DNA from: Armatimonadota bacterium
GTDB lineage: Bacteria > Armatimonadota > SYMT01
DNA length: 64,000 nucleotides
NCBI GenBank assembly: GCA_041690135.1
Contig: JAWLHY010000001.1
Location: 928,001-992,000 of the forward strand
Reading direction: 5' to 3'
This document shows, piece by piece, positions 49,139 through 58,226 of this stretch. The notes below the pieces were generated by a model. That model had not been told where the DNA came from. It saw only the letters and a program-made list of their open reading frames with translations, and searched no databases. How positions within the stretch are numbered: the stretch's first letter is position 1; every line of letters starts with the position of its first letter. Position numbers and translations under genes: made by a program.

Positions 49139-50875
49139 TTACTGTCCCTTCCCCTCTCCCTCGATGAGGACGACTTCCCGGTCCGGCTGCGGACCGGGGA
49201 AACTCTCGACCGCGCCGCTGGGCCAGCGCACCTCGATCTCTTCCACAGTGGTGTGTTGGCCCAGTCCGAAGGTGAGCCGCAAATCGGACTGCGAAAGATA
49301 GCTGGAGCCGCCGCGGACCATCCGGTACTGGTCGGTGCCCCCGCTCCGCACCCTTACGCCGGCTCCGATCGCGCTCCGGTTGCCGCGCCGTCCTTCTAAC
49401 CGCAGTCGCAGCCAGTGGTGGGCCGGACGCCCGGCCTGCCGCAGCAGCGCCGGCGGTCCGCCGTTCGCGCTCAAGAGCACGTCCAGGTCGCCGTCGTTGT
49501 CGTAATCTCCATAGGCGGCGCCGCGGGCCACGCGCGGCTCACGCAGGGCGCCGATCTCGTCCCCCACCGGCTCGAACCGGCCCTCCCCCAGGCCCCGGAA
49601 GAACAGGCCCGGCTGTGCGTGGGTAACCCCACTGCTGCGGACCTCGATATCGTCCTGGATGTGCCCGTTCGCCACCAGAATATCCTGGTTCCCGTCCAGG
49701 TCGGCGTCGAAGAAAAAAGCACCGAACCCGAGGAACTGCTGGCTGGGGGTGCCGATGCCGGCCCGTGCCGCCACGTCGGTGAAGAGCCCCGAGGGGTCTC
49801 GCCGGTAGAGGCTCAACTGCTCGCCCGTGAAGTTGGTGATCAGGACGCCATCCCGGCCGGCGTTCTCGTAGTCCGCGACGTCGATGCCCATCCCCGCTTT
49901 GGCGATCCCGCCTTCGGCCACCGCCATCCCCGCCTGTACCGCTACTTCCTTGAAAGTAGCGCGCTCGCCCTGGTTGTGGAAGAGGAAGTTGGGCACCATG
50001 TCGTTGCTCACCGCCAGGTCCACCCAGCCGTCCCGGTCGAAATCGCAGAGCGCCACTCCCAGGGCTTTCGAGTTCGCCAGGCCGATCCCCACCCGCGCGG
50101 ACACGTCTTCGAACCGGCCTCTCCGATTGCGGAAGAGCTGACACGGCTCCCCCGAATAGTTGTCCGGCCGCGCGTAGGACTTCCGGACCCCGTCCAGCGA
50201 AGCGAACACGTCCGACTCCGGGGTCCACTTTACATAATGACATACGAACAGGTCGAGGCGGCCGTCCCGATCGTAGTCCAGAAGGGCCGCGCTGGTCGGC
50301 CAGCCAGGCGTAGCAAGCCCCCAGCGCTTCGTGACGTCCTCGAACCGCCGGCCGTTCACATTTCGGAGCAGGCGGGACCCACCCAGCGCCGTGAGGACCA
50401 GGTCGCAGAAGCCGTCGTTGTCTACGTCTCCCGCGGTGACTCCCATTCCGTAGATTCCGACCGGCATGTTGTATTCCCGGGAGACATCCGCAAAGGTCCC
50501 GTCCTTCCGGTTCCGGTAGAGGCGACACCTTCCGGGAGGCAACGGGCTGCCGGGCCAGGGCGTCGAGTCGACCAGCACCAGGTCGAGCCAGCCATCGTTA
50601 TCGACATCCATCCACGCGCAGCCCGCGCCCATCGTCTCCGGCATCCACTTCCGGCCTTCCGCCCCCGTGGTGTGCCGGAACGTGATACCCGCCGAAGCGG
50701 TCACGTCCTCGAACCGCACCGGCGCCCGCTGCGCCGCCGGCTCCGTCTTCGGCACAGGCCGAGCAGGACCGCAGCCTACAGCAAGAAGCGCTATCGCCGG
50801 AAGCGCTCCCCAAATTGCAAATTGCAATTTGCAATTTGCAACTGACAATAGCTCTCTCTTGCAGTTGCCGCTCAT
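49139..50875 (-). CDS. CRTAC1-family FG-GAP / ASPIC-UnbV lipoprotein
   Basis: LAVGC lipobox, many D.D.DG.LDL repeats, NRSAIGA.V..GGSSYLSQS..FGLG..VRWPSG. Confidence 0.9.
   Translation of the reverse strand: MSGNCKRELLSVANCKLQFAIWGALPAIALLAVGCGPARPVPKTEPAAQRAPVRFEDVTASAGITFRHTTGAEGRKWMPETMGAGCAWMDVDNDGWLDLVLVDSTPWPGSPLPPGRCRLYRNRKDGTFADVSREYNMPVGIYGMGVTAGDVDNDGFCDLVLTALGGSRLLRNVNGRRFEDVTKRWGLATPGWPTSAALLDYDRDGRLDLFVCHYVKWTPESDVFASLDGVRKSYARPDNYSGEPCQLFRNRRGRFEDVSARVGIGLANSKALGVALCDFDRDGWVDLAVSNDMVPNFLFHNQGERATFKEVAVQAGMAVAEGGIAKAGMGIDVADYENAGRDGVLITNFTGEQLSLYRRDPSGLFTDVAARAGIGTPSQQFLGFGAFFFDADLDGNQDILVANGHIQDDIEVRSSGVTHAQPGLFFRGLGEGRFEPVGDEIGALREPRVARGAAYGDYDNDGDLDVLLSANGGPPALLRQAGRPAHHWLRLRLEGRRGNRSAIGAGVRVRSGGTDQYRMVRGGSSYLSQSDLRLTFGLGQHTTVEEIEVRWPSGAVESFPGPQPDREVVLIEGEGKGQ
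50811..50838. repeat. Perfect 28-bp AT-rich palindrome built from 7-mers
   Basis: CAAATTGCAAATTGCAATTTGCAATTTG is its own reverse complement. Confidence 0.9.
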
Positions 50876-53220
50876 GGCACCATCACTAACTCATGCACAT
50901 GCAGAGGCCGTTCTTCCGTCGCTTCCGGACCGGATGCCACACCCTGCTTCAGGGAAGGTGCGCCGCTATCCGCCAGGAGCCGGTACATCGCCTCTTCGCG
51001 CTGCGCCGCCGTCAACCGGTTCAGGCGCTGCTGGCAGAGCATCAGGTTGTAGTGCGCCGAAACGTCGAGCGGGTCGACGTCGAGCATCGCTTCGAACTCC
51101 CGCGCCGCTTCCTGATGCTTCAGGAGCGCCATTAGCGTGAGACCCAGCTCGAAGCGTAGCTGCCGGTCTCGTGGAAAGCGCTTCGCCAGTACTCGCAACT
51201 CGCGCGCGGCCGCGTCCGGCTGCCCCATCCGGCGAAGGACGGCCGCCTCCCAGGCCCGAGCACGCAGCGTGGTGGGTACTCCGGCGTGGGTGCTCTCGAC
51301 TCGGGTTCCGGCTGCGCGCCGGAACGCGTCTCGGGCCGCCAGCAGGTCTCCCTCTCGCAGATAGACTTGCCCCAGGGCCAGTTCCGTCTCCCCGGTTTGC
51401 GCTTCACTGTCCCGTGCCCGGAGCAGGTACCGGATCGCCTCGGGGTAGGCCTTCACCGCTGCGAGAGCCATGCCGTAACACCGCAAGCGCTCGCTCGCCG
51501 CAGAGGTTTCTGCGTCGAACGAATGCAGTTCGGCGCTTGTCTCGGCCAAGACCTCCGGCGCCCCTGCCGTCTCCCCCGCCCACCGGGAGAATTCGGGCCG
51601 CCGTCGCCGGAGAAGCCGCACGCGGGCTCTCCCTCCATTCGCCGGAATCTCGGGGAGGCGGTAGCGGGCCAGGTCGCTTTCTCCCGCCGGGATCCTCCGC
51701 CACTCCCGCACCGCCACCATCTCATCCAGGTTGCCGTGCTCAACCCACTTCCCCCGGCGATCGAGGGCCACCAGGCGGTAGACGTGCGCCTCCGGATCGA
51801 GGGCGCCGTCCGGCCGGATTGCGCCACTCCGGGCCCGCAGTCGCCCTTCCCGATCCCTCACCTCCACTTCCAGCCATGCCTCGTGGAGATCCGGCATGCC
51901 ATAGGGGAAGTCATGCCCGACCCCGCTGTTGTGCACTACGACATCCAGGATTCCACCCAGCCGATGGTCTTCCTTCTCCCAGTCCGGCGAGCTTCCGGTA
52001 TCCCGCGGAACAGGCGGGCTGGGGCGCAGAAAGAGGTCGAGGCGCAGCGGCGCCGGGCGCCCGGCGATCTTCTGGGTTGTACCGTGGGGATTGTGACAAC
52101 CGGTGCAACTTCGCGCTGCCGCGCCTTCGCCCGCAGCGAACAGCGAGGTCCCGGAGAACCGGCTCGCCTGCCAGGCCCGGTATTCATCCGGACCCTCCAT
52201 CCACCGGAACTGGTTCTGCGGCAGGTTCCAGTGTTTCCGGTGACAGCTCCCGCAGAACTCGGCGGAGCGGTGCAAGGCCGGGCGCAGCATTTGTGTGGCA
52301 TGGCTGCGTGGTCGCAGGCGGGTGTCCAGGTCGCTCCAGAACGCCCGCAGCCCCCCGGCCTTTCGCTGGCTCGCGGCGCCGTCCAGGACCAGCGCCCCGC
52401 TTCCGAAGCCGGCGTGGACCTCCTCTGCGGTGTGGCAGGCAGCACACCCCACGGATTGCCGGGCCGCATCCGGCTCGTGGCAACCCCGGCACCAGCCTGC
52501 TGCCTCGCTGCCCTTGCGCCGCTCGAAATCGGCCAGGGTCGCGCGGTACGCGGGGTTCCGCATACCGGCGGCGTGTCCCCGGGTGGCGTGTTCCTCGCCT
52601 ACTCCCGGGTGGCAGCCGGCCTGCTCGCAGCTCGCCTCGGGGACCCCCGTCCGTCGCAACGCGGTCGGGAATCCCGCTTCGCCGGCCTGCTCCGCGGTGG
52701 TTGCGGTGAGGAAGCGGTAACAGGCGACCGCATCATAACCCGGCGGTTGCCAACCGGACGTCCGGCGCTCCCCGGCTAGCGAGGCGAATGCCGGGCTCAG
52801 GCAAGCCAGCAGGCACGCCAGGCCGACCGCATGGCGCGCCGCGGGTGTTCTTGCGTGGGTGAACAACCATCCCGCCACGACCAGCAGCACTCCGCCGCCG
52901 GCAAACGCGTGGGCCAACAGCACACCCCCTCGCGCCGCTCCGGGTGGCAGCGGCCAGAGACTACCCATCCCGAAGAGAAGGGTGAGCGCACTCCCGATGA
53001 CGGCGAGGGATCTTGCCCGCAAGCCGAGGCGTGGAACTGTCAGAACCACCACCGCCAGGAACCCCAGGGCGTGGAGGAGTAGGAGGGCCAGGCTCCCGGT
53101 CCCGGCGACGCGATCCCCCACTCCGGCTAGCATCGATGCCGTCGCACCCGCCAGTGCGCAGCAGGCTGCGACCGGGAAACGGATGGGCCGGAGCTTTTTC
53201 GGGGTGTTTGGGAGATCCAC
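50872..53220 (-). CDS. Membrane-anchored multiheme cytochrome c with C-terminal TPRs
   Basis: N-terminal TMs; CRGCH, CAACH, CGSCH, CTGCH plus CEQAGCH; GVGHDFP; TPR helices; ATGA overlap with the CRTAC1 gene. Confidence 0.85.
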   Translation of the reverse strand: MDLPNTPKKLRPIRFPVAACCALAGATASMLAGVGDRVAGTGSLALLLLHALGFLAVVVLTVPRLGLRARSLAVIGSALTLLFGMGSLWPLPPGAARGGVLLAHAFAGGGVLLVVAGWLFTHARTPAARHAVGLACLLACLSPAFASLAGERRTSGWQPPGYDAVACYRFLTATTAEQAGEAGFPTALRRTGVPEASCEQAGCHPGVGEEHATRGHAAGMRNPAYRATLADFERRKGSEAAGWCRGCHEPDAARQSVGCAACHTAEEVHAGFGSGALVLDGAASQRKAGGLRAFWSDLDTRLRPRSHATQMLRPALHRSAEFCGSCHRKHWNLPQNQFRWMEGPDEYRAWQASRFSGTSLFAAGEGAAARSCTGCHNPHGTTQKIAGRPAPLRLDLFLRPSPPVPRDTGSSPDWEKEDHRLGGILDVVVHNSGVGHDFPYGMPDLHEAWLEVEVRDREGRLRARSGAIRPDGALDPEAHVYRLVALDRRGKWVEHGNLDEMVAVREWRRIPAGESDLARYRLPEIPANGGRARVRLLRRRRPEFSRWAGETAGAPEVLAETSAELHSFDAETSAASERLRCYGMALAAVKAYPEAIRYLLRARDSEAQTGETELALGQVYLREGDLLAARDAFRRAAGTRVESTHAGVPTTLRARAWEAAVLRRMGQPDAAARELRVLAKRFPRDRQLRFELGLTLMALLKHQEAAREFEAMLDVDPLDVSAHYNLMLCQQRLNRLTAAQREEAMYRLLADSGAPSLKQGVASGPEATEERPLHVHELVMVP

Positions 53221-53256
53221 GCGTCTACAGCCTGAGTGCTGTCTCCGGACCGGTCG

Positions 53257-54168
53257 TTACCGCATGAGACGAAGACCGGGCACGTTCACATCCAACCGGA
53301 AAAGGCCGCCCGGTTCGCCGCCGGTGGCGTAGAGCGTCGCCCCCTTGGGTCCCGCGAAACAAAGATTACTGGTGGTCCGGTTGCCGCCATCGTAGCTCAT
53401 CAGTAGCCGGCCCCGGGCACCCAGCACGTGGATCGCTTTCATGCCGTAGTGGGCTACCCACAGCCGGCCCTCCGCGTCCAGGGCCACCCCATCCGGTTGA
53501 TTCCACTCCTTGCCCGGTCGCTCCGTGTTGCGCGGCAACTCGGCGAAGAAGCGCGGCTCCCCCTCCGGCACTCCCGGCGCCTTGAGCGGAATGACCAGGA
53601 TACGGTTCTCCAGGCTCTCCGCCACGTACAGCCGCTTCCGGTCCGCCGAAAGGGCGATCCCGTTCGCGAAGTTGATGTCTTTCGCTACCAGCCGCTTGGT
53701 CCCGTCCGGAGCCACGTAGTGGACGGCGCCGGTCTGCGGCACCGAGTCGGTGAAATAGAAGCCGCCCTGGGGGTCCAGCGTCAGGTCGTTCGGCGTGCGG
53801 ATCTCCAGGCCGCCCGACTGCCCCTCGGCCGCGACGCCAAGCACCTTTCCGGAGGCATCCAGCCGCAGCACGGCTTTACGACTGCCGTCGCAGACCAGGT
53901 GCTCCCCATTGGGGAGAATCTTGTGTCCGTTCGGGGCGCCCGTTTCCGCCCAGGTGGCCGCTTTGCCGTCGGGCGTGGTCTTGGTGATGATCTTGCCGTG
54001 CGAGAAATAGAGGTTCCCTTCCCGGTCCACCACCACCCCTTCGGTGTAGTCGTTGGTGATGACCACCGGGGTCGGCTTGATGCGGGCGCGCTCGGGAAGC
54101 GGAGTGGCCGCGGGTACGGCCGCCGCCAGCAACATCAGGGCGCCGGATGCGAGGGTCAGGTGTTTCAT
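53257..54168 (-). CDS. Secreted SMP-30/gluconolactonase family protein
   Basis: Signal peptide, TEG, PNDL, FANGIALS, PDGVALD, SNLCFAG. Confidence 0.9.
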   Translation of the reverse strand: MKHLTLASGALMLLAAAVPAATPLPERARIKPTPVVITNDYTEGVVVDREGNLYFSHGKIITKTTPDGKAATWAETGAPNGHKILPNGEHLVCDGSRKAVLRLDASGKVLGVAAEGQSGGLEIRTPNDLTLDPQGGFYFTDSVPQTGAVHYVAPDGTKRLVAKDINFANGIALSADRKRLYVAESLENRILVIPLKAPGVPEGEPRFFAELPRNTERPGKEWNQPDGVALDAEGRLWVAHYGMKAIHVLGARGRLLMSYDGGNRTTSNLCFAGPKGATLYATGGEPGGLFRLDVNVPGLRLMR

Positions 54169-54324
54169 CCCGGTTCCTCCAGACCGCTCACGGGCAGGGT
54201 CGAGCGCAAAAGGCGCCCGACTGTGGTTACGTTCGGATCACCCCCACCGGGTTCCTTTCCGGCCCACGGCCTACGGCCGATAAAGATAAGGAAGGAGCCG
54301 GAGGATAAGGAAAGGACGTCGAGG

Positions 54325-54987
54325 TCACCCTGTGCCTTCATCGCTTTCCAACCCCTCGCCATCGCCCCTTTCCCCTTCCACAACCTCATCGTCGAAGCCG
54401 CTGAAGTGCGGAATCTCCGGCTGGGGAAGATGCCGGTCCCGGTCGAACGGCCGTGGTTTCCGCGGGGGCATCGGGTAGGTGGGGAAGTCCTTGAGCCAGC
54501 TGGCGCGGGTATCGTCATCGGCGTAATAGGTCATCCAGATCGTGATGTCTTCCTCGCTGCCGGAGCCCGCGAAATCGATACCCCGGAAGGCATTCGGACT
54601 GCACGGAAAGTCCTTCACGGCTTCGTGGAGCGCTTCCCGATAGAGGCGGGTGTACAGCTCCCGGTCACTCAGGTGGTCCGTGGAGTGCAGGTAGACCCGC
54701 CGGCGGGCCAGCGCTCCGATCAACATCCACAGCGCCTTGCCGACGCTTTCGTCGTCCAGATCATCCGGCGGAGGCAGTTTCACCCCATCCTTACCGAGCA
54801 ACTCGGCGTCCGTGGTCCATTCGGCTTCCTCATACGCCGCCACCGTGCGCCAGAACGTCTCCTCGATCTCGATAGGCGTTTCGGGTGCCTGCGAAGTGGA
54901 AAACTCCGAACCGGCGGCTTCCGCGGCACGCCTTTTGAGGCCCAGGATCTCGATCTCCCGCTCGATCCGGCTCTTATCTTCAGACAT
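54325..54987 (-). CDS. Hypothetical protein
   Basis: Acidic ORF with AGGAGG RBS; TDHLSDRELY..L and DRDRHLP motifs. Confidence 0.7.
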   Translation of the reverse strand: MSEDKSRIEREIEILGLKRRAAEAAGSEFSTSQAPETPIEIEETFWRTVAAYEEAEWTTDAELLGKDGVKLPPPDDLDDESVGKALWMLIGALARRRVYLHSTDHLSDRELYTRLYREALHEAVKDFPCSPNAFRGIDFAGSGSEEDITIWMTYYADDDTRASWLKDFPTYPMPPRKPRPFDRDRHLPQPEIPHFSGFDDEVVEGERGDGEGLESDEGTG

Positions 54988-55029
54988 GGAGGCCCTCCTT
55001 TCACCTATATCCGGTCGCTCCACTCGCAC

Positions 55030-56118
55030 TCACAGCACCTTGGCTTGGAGCCACTCCACCACCTTGGATTTACCTTTGGCGAGCGCGATGTCGAGCGGCG
55101 TCCGGCCCTGGCCGTCCCGCGCGGTCACGTCGGCGCCGGCCCGGACCAGGGCCTCCAGCAGCCGCGGCGCCGCACCACGAGCCGCCGCATAGTGGAGCGC
55201 CGTGCTGCCGTCGGGGTCCTTCCGGTTCGGGTCCGCGCCCCGCTCCAACAGCCACAATACCACGGTGGTGTGCCCCCAGTGCACCCGGCTGTGGAGCAAG
55301 GGGATGCCCTTCTCTTCCACCCCGTTCGGGTCGCCGCCCCGCGCGTGGAGTAGCTCCGTCACGTCGTTCGGCTCGCCCCAGAGGAAGCTCTCGAAGCCCG
55401 TGTTCGGGTCCACACCGGCATCGAGCAGCACCTCCACCACCGCGCGATTCCGCGGAGCGGCGAAATGCAGCACCGGCAGCCCCCGGTAGGAGGCCACGTC
55501 CGCTCGGGAGTGGGGGTCCGCGCCGTGGGCCAGCAGCAGCTCGGTCACCCGCCGCAGCCGTATAGCGCACTCCGGGTCCGCGTCTCCCATCCCGGAGGCC
55601 GCGGCGTAGTGGAGCGCCGTCATGCTGTTTGTGTCGCGACTGGATGCTTGCTCCGGCTCCGCCGACAGAATCGCTTCAACCTGCTCCGGGCGGGCGATGG
55701 AGCAGGCGGCGTAAAGGTCCACGTTCGCTCCCGAGGCCAGCAGCATGTTGACAAGCTCCGCGTCGCCTACCCGCCCCGCCGTCGCCAGGGCCGTCATCCG
55801 CTGCCAGCAGCCGCGCGCTTCCGGATTCGCCCCGGCCCGAAGGAGAACTTCCACCACCTCCCGGTGCCCCGGGCACTTGGGGACCCCTTTGTGCTCGATC
55901 GCCCGGTGGAGCGGACGGTACTGGTGTTCCGAGCGCGAAACCGTCTCGGGGTCCGCGCCGTGCGCCAGCAGGAGCCGAACCACTTCCGCATGGCCGTGGA
56001 GACACGCCTCGAGGATCGGCTGCCAGTGCCGCGCCAACTCCGCGTCCTCCCGCAGGAGCGCCGCGACTTCCGCCGCATTCCCGCGGGCTGCCGCCGCCGT
56101 CAGGTGCTTGTAGGTCAT
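55030..56118 (-). CDS. Ankyrin repeat protein
   Basis: Multiple (T/R)(A/P)LH.AA..G..VV.LLL..GADP repeats. Confidence 0.92.
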   Translation of the reverse strand: MTYKHLTAAAARGNAAEVAALLREDAELARHWQPILEACLHGHAEVVRLLLAHGADPETVSRSEHQYRPLHRAIEHKGVPKCPGHREVVEVLLRAGANPEARGCWQRMTALATAGRVGDAELVNMLLASGANVDLYAACSIARPEQVEAILSAEPEQASSRDTNSMTALHYAAASGMGDADPECAIRLRRVTELLLAHGADPHSRADVASYRGLPVLHFAAPRNRAVVEVLLDAGVDPNTGFESFLWGEPNDVTELLHARGGDPNGVEEKGIPLLHSRVHWGHTTVVLWLLERGADPNRKDPDGSTALHYAAARGAAPRLLEALVRAGADVTARDGQGRTPLDIALAKGKSKVVEWLQAKVL

Positions 56119-56317
56119 GAATCTGCCGTTTCCCTCACAGGAATCCCGCCCCGGACCGGGAAATGGTGTATAGTGGGTCAGCGCTGAACCGTACTGCAGC
56201 CGAACCTTCACGATCCAATAGTGACTTCACCGTCCTCGGTTAGCAGTCGGACGGTTTACGGTAGTTACCCGTTCAGCGCCCCGCAGCGGATGCGGTTGAT
56301 CCGCCCGGGAGGTGACC

Positions 56318-58117
56318 ATGGCGCGAGTTTGCGATCATACGACTGAGAGCGGGATTCCCGTGGTCGGTCAACTCGGTTGGGGCGCGCACTTCTGTCAGTT
56401 CTACCGCACCCGGGAGGACCTCGCCGACATCCTGGCCCCCTACTTCATCGCCGGCCTCCGGCAGCACGAGCAGTGTCTCTGGATCGCCTCTCCCCCACTT
56501 TCCGCGGAAGATGCCTGCGACCTGATGCGGGAAGCCTTGCCGGGCTTCGAGGCCTATCTGCAGCAGGGCCAGATCGAGATTCTGGATTATCAGGACTGGT
56601 ACCTCCGCACCGCGGGCTTCAGCACCAGCGACGTCCTCCGGATGTGGGTCGAGCGGCAGGAGCGGGCGCTGGAGCAGGGCTACCATGGGCTGCGCCTCAC
56701 GGGCAATACCTTCTGGCTCGATCGGAGCGGTTGGGACAGCTTCATGGAATATGAGGCGGAGGTCAACCGCACCTTCCGCAGTTTCCGCATCGTGGGTCTC
56801 TGCACCTATTCATTGGATCGGTGCGGCGGCGAGGACGTGCTGGACGTGGTCCGGAACCACCAGTTTGCCCTCGCCCGTCGCCAGGGCGAGTGGGATCTTC
56901 TGGAGAACGCTTCGCTCAAGATCGCCAAGGACGAGCTGCGCCGCCTGAACGAGGAACTGGAGCAGCGCGTCGAAGAGCGGACCCGCGAACTGGAGCGAGC
57001 TCTGCGCGGTCGGGACGAGTTCCTGGCCATGCTGGCCCACGAGCTCCGGAACCCCCTTGCGCCGATCCGGAATGCCGCACACGTGCTGCGGCAGGTCCAG
57101 CCCAGCGAAACGACCCTGCAGTGGGCGCGCGAGCTGGTGGACCGCCAGGTCCAGACCTTGTCCCGCCTGGTGGACGACCTGCTGGATGTCGCCCGGATCA
57201 CCGGAGGAAAAGTACGCCTGGAACGGGAGCGAGTGGAGGTGGCGCAGGTGGTGGCCCGCGCAATCGAGACCGTGCGCCCCACCCTCGACCGCAAGGGCCA
57301 GACGCTGGAGGTGTCCCAGCCCGGTGGCTCGCCCGTCATCCAGGGGGATGCGACCCGGCTCGCCCAGGCGCTGGGAAACCTCCTGCACAATGCCTCCAAG
57401 TACAGTCCCGAAGGCGCTCGCATCCATCTGGAGGTGACCGACCCCACCTTAACCGACCCCTCCCGCGACGCGACCGAGCTGGCTATCCGGGTCCGGGACG
57501 AAGGGGTCGGCATCTCTCCCGAAATGCTGCCGCACGTCTTCGACCTGTTCACCCAGGCCGACCGTTCTCTGGACCGTTCCGAGGGCGGCCTGGGGGTAGG
57601 CCTGACCCTGGCTCGCGGTCTTATTGAGCTGCACGGGGGCCGGATCGAAGTTCGGAGCGAGGGCCCAGGCCGGGGGAGCGAGTTCACGATCTTCCTCCCG
57701 CTTCCGGGAGGCGCCGCGCAAGAAGGGGAGGCGGGTTCCGTCGAGGCGGGGCCGGCAACCGGACGTCGGAGCGTGCTGGTGGTGGACGACAACGTGGATG
57801 CGGCCGAGAGCCTGACGGTGCTGTTGGGGCTGTTCGGGCACTCCGTGGGGGCCGCCCACAGCGGGCGAACTGCCCTGGAGAAAGCCGCCCGAGAGCAGCC
57901 CGACGCCGTGGTGCTGGACATCGGACTACCGGACCTGGACGGCTACGAGGTGGCCCGCCAACTCCGCGCCCAGCCCGGCGGAGAGCGGCTGCTGTTGATT
58001 GCCCTGACCGGCTACGGCCGGGAGGAGGACCAGTGCCGTAGTCGCGAGGCCGGCTTCGATTTCCACATGATCAAGCCGGCCGATCCCGAGCAATTGCGGC
58101 GGCTTTTGCAAGATTAG
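56318..58117 (+). CDS. Cytoplasmic hybrid sensor kinase: MEDS - HisKA - HATPase - REC
   Basis: WGAHFCQFY..GLRLTGN..LCTY (MEDS), LAHELRNPL, GGLGVGL, VVDDNVDAA..LDIGLP. Confidence 0.92.
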   Translation: MARVCDHTTESGIPVVGQLGWGAHFCQFYRTREDLADILAPYFIAGLRQHEQCLWIASPPLSAEDACDLMREALPGFEAYLQQGQIEILDYQDWYLRTAGFSTSDVLRMWVERQERALEQGYHGLRLTGNTFWLDRSGWDSFMEYEAEVNRTFRSFRIVGLCTYSLDRCGGEDVLDVVRNHQFALARRQGEWDLLENASLKIAKDELRRLNEELEQRVEERTRELERALRGRDEFLAMLAHELRNPLAPIRNAAHVLRQVQPSETTLQWARELVDRQVQTLSRLVDDLLDVARITGGKVRLERERVEVAQVVARAIETVRPTLDRKGQTLEVSQPGGSPVIQGDATRLAQALGNLLHNASKYSPEGARIHLEVTDPTLTDPSRDATELAIRVRDEGVGISPEMLPHVFDLFTQADRSLDRSEGGLGVGLTLARGLIELHGGRIEVRSEGPGRGSEFTIFLPLPGGAAQEGEAGSVEAGPATGRRSVLVVDDNVDAAESLTVLLGLFGHSVGAAHSGRTALEKAAREQPDAVVLDIGLPDLDGYEVARQLRAQPGGERLLLIALTGYGREEDQCRSREAGFDFHMIKPADPEQLRRLLQD

Positions 58118-58226
58118 CCTGCCGGCGAAGTTACCGCAGGTTAATTGCTTGAACAGCGTGCTGGTTCGCGGCATCTGAGGGAGGGCGCTCGCCGGGATAC
58201 CCCTCTACTTGTCGCAGCGAACCTAT

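Noticed and set aside
53428-55353. 641-aa plus-strand ORF
   Set aside because: Antisense to three convincing minus-strand genes.
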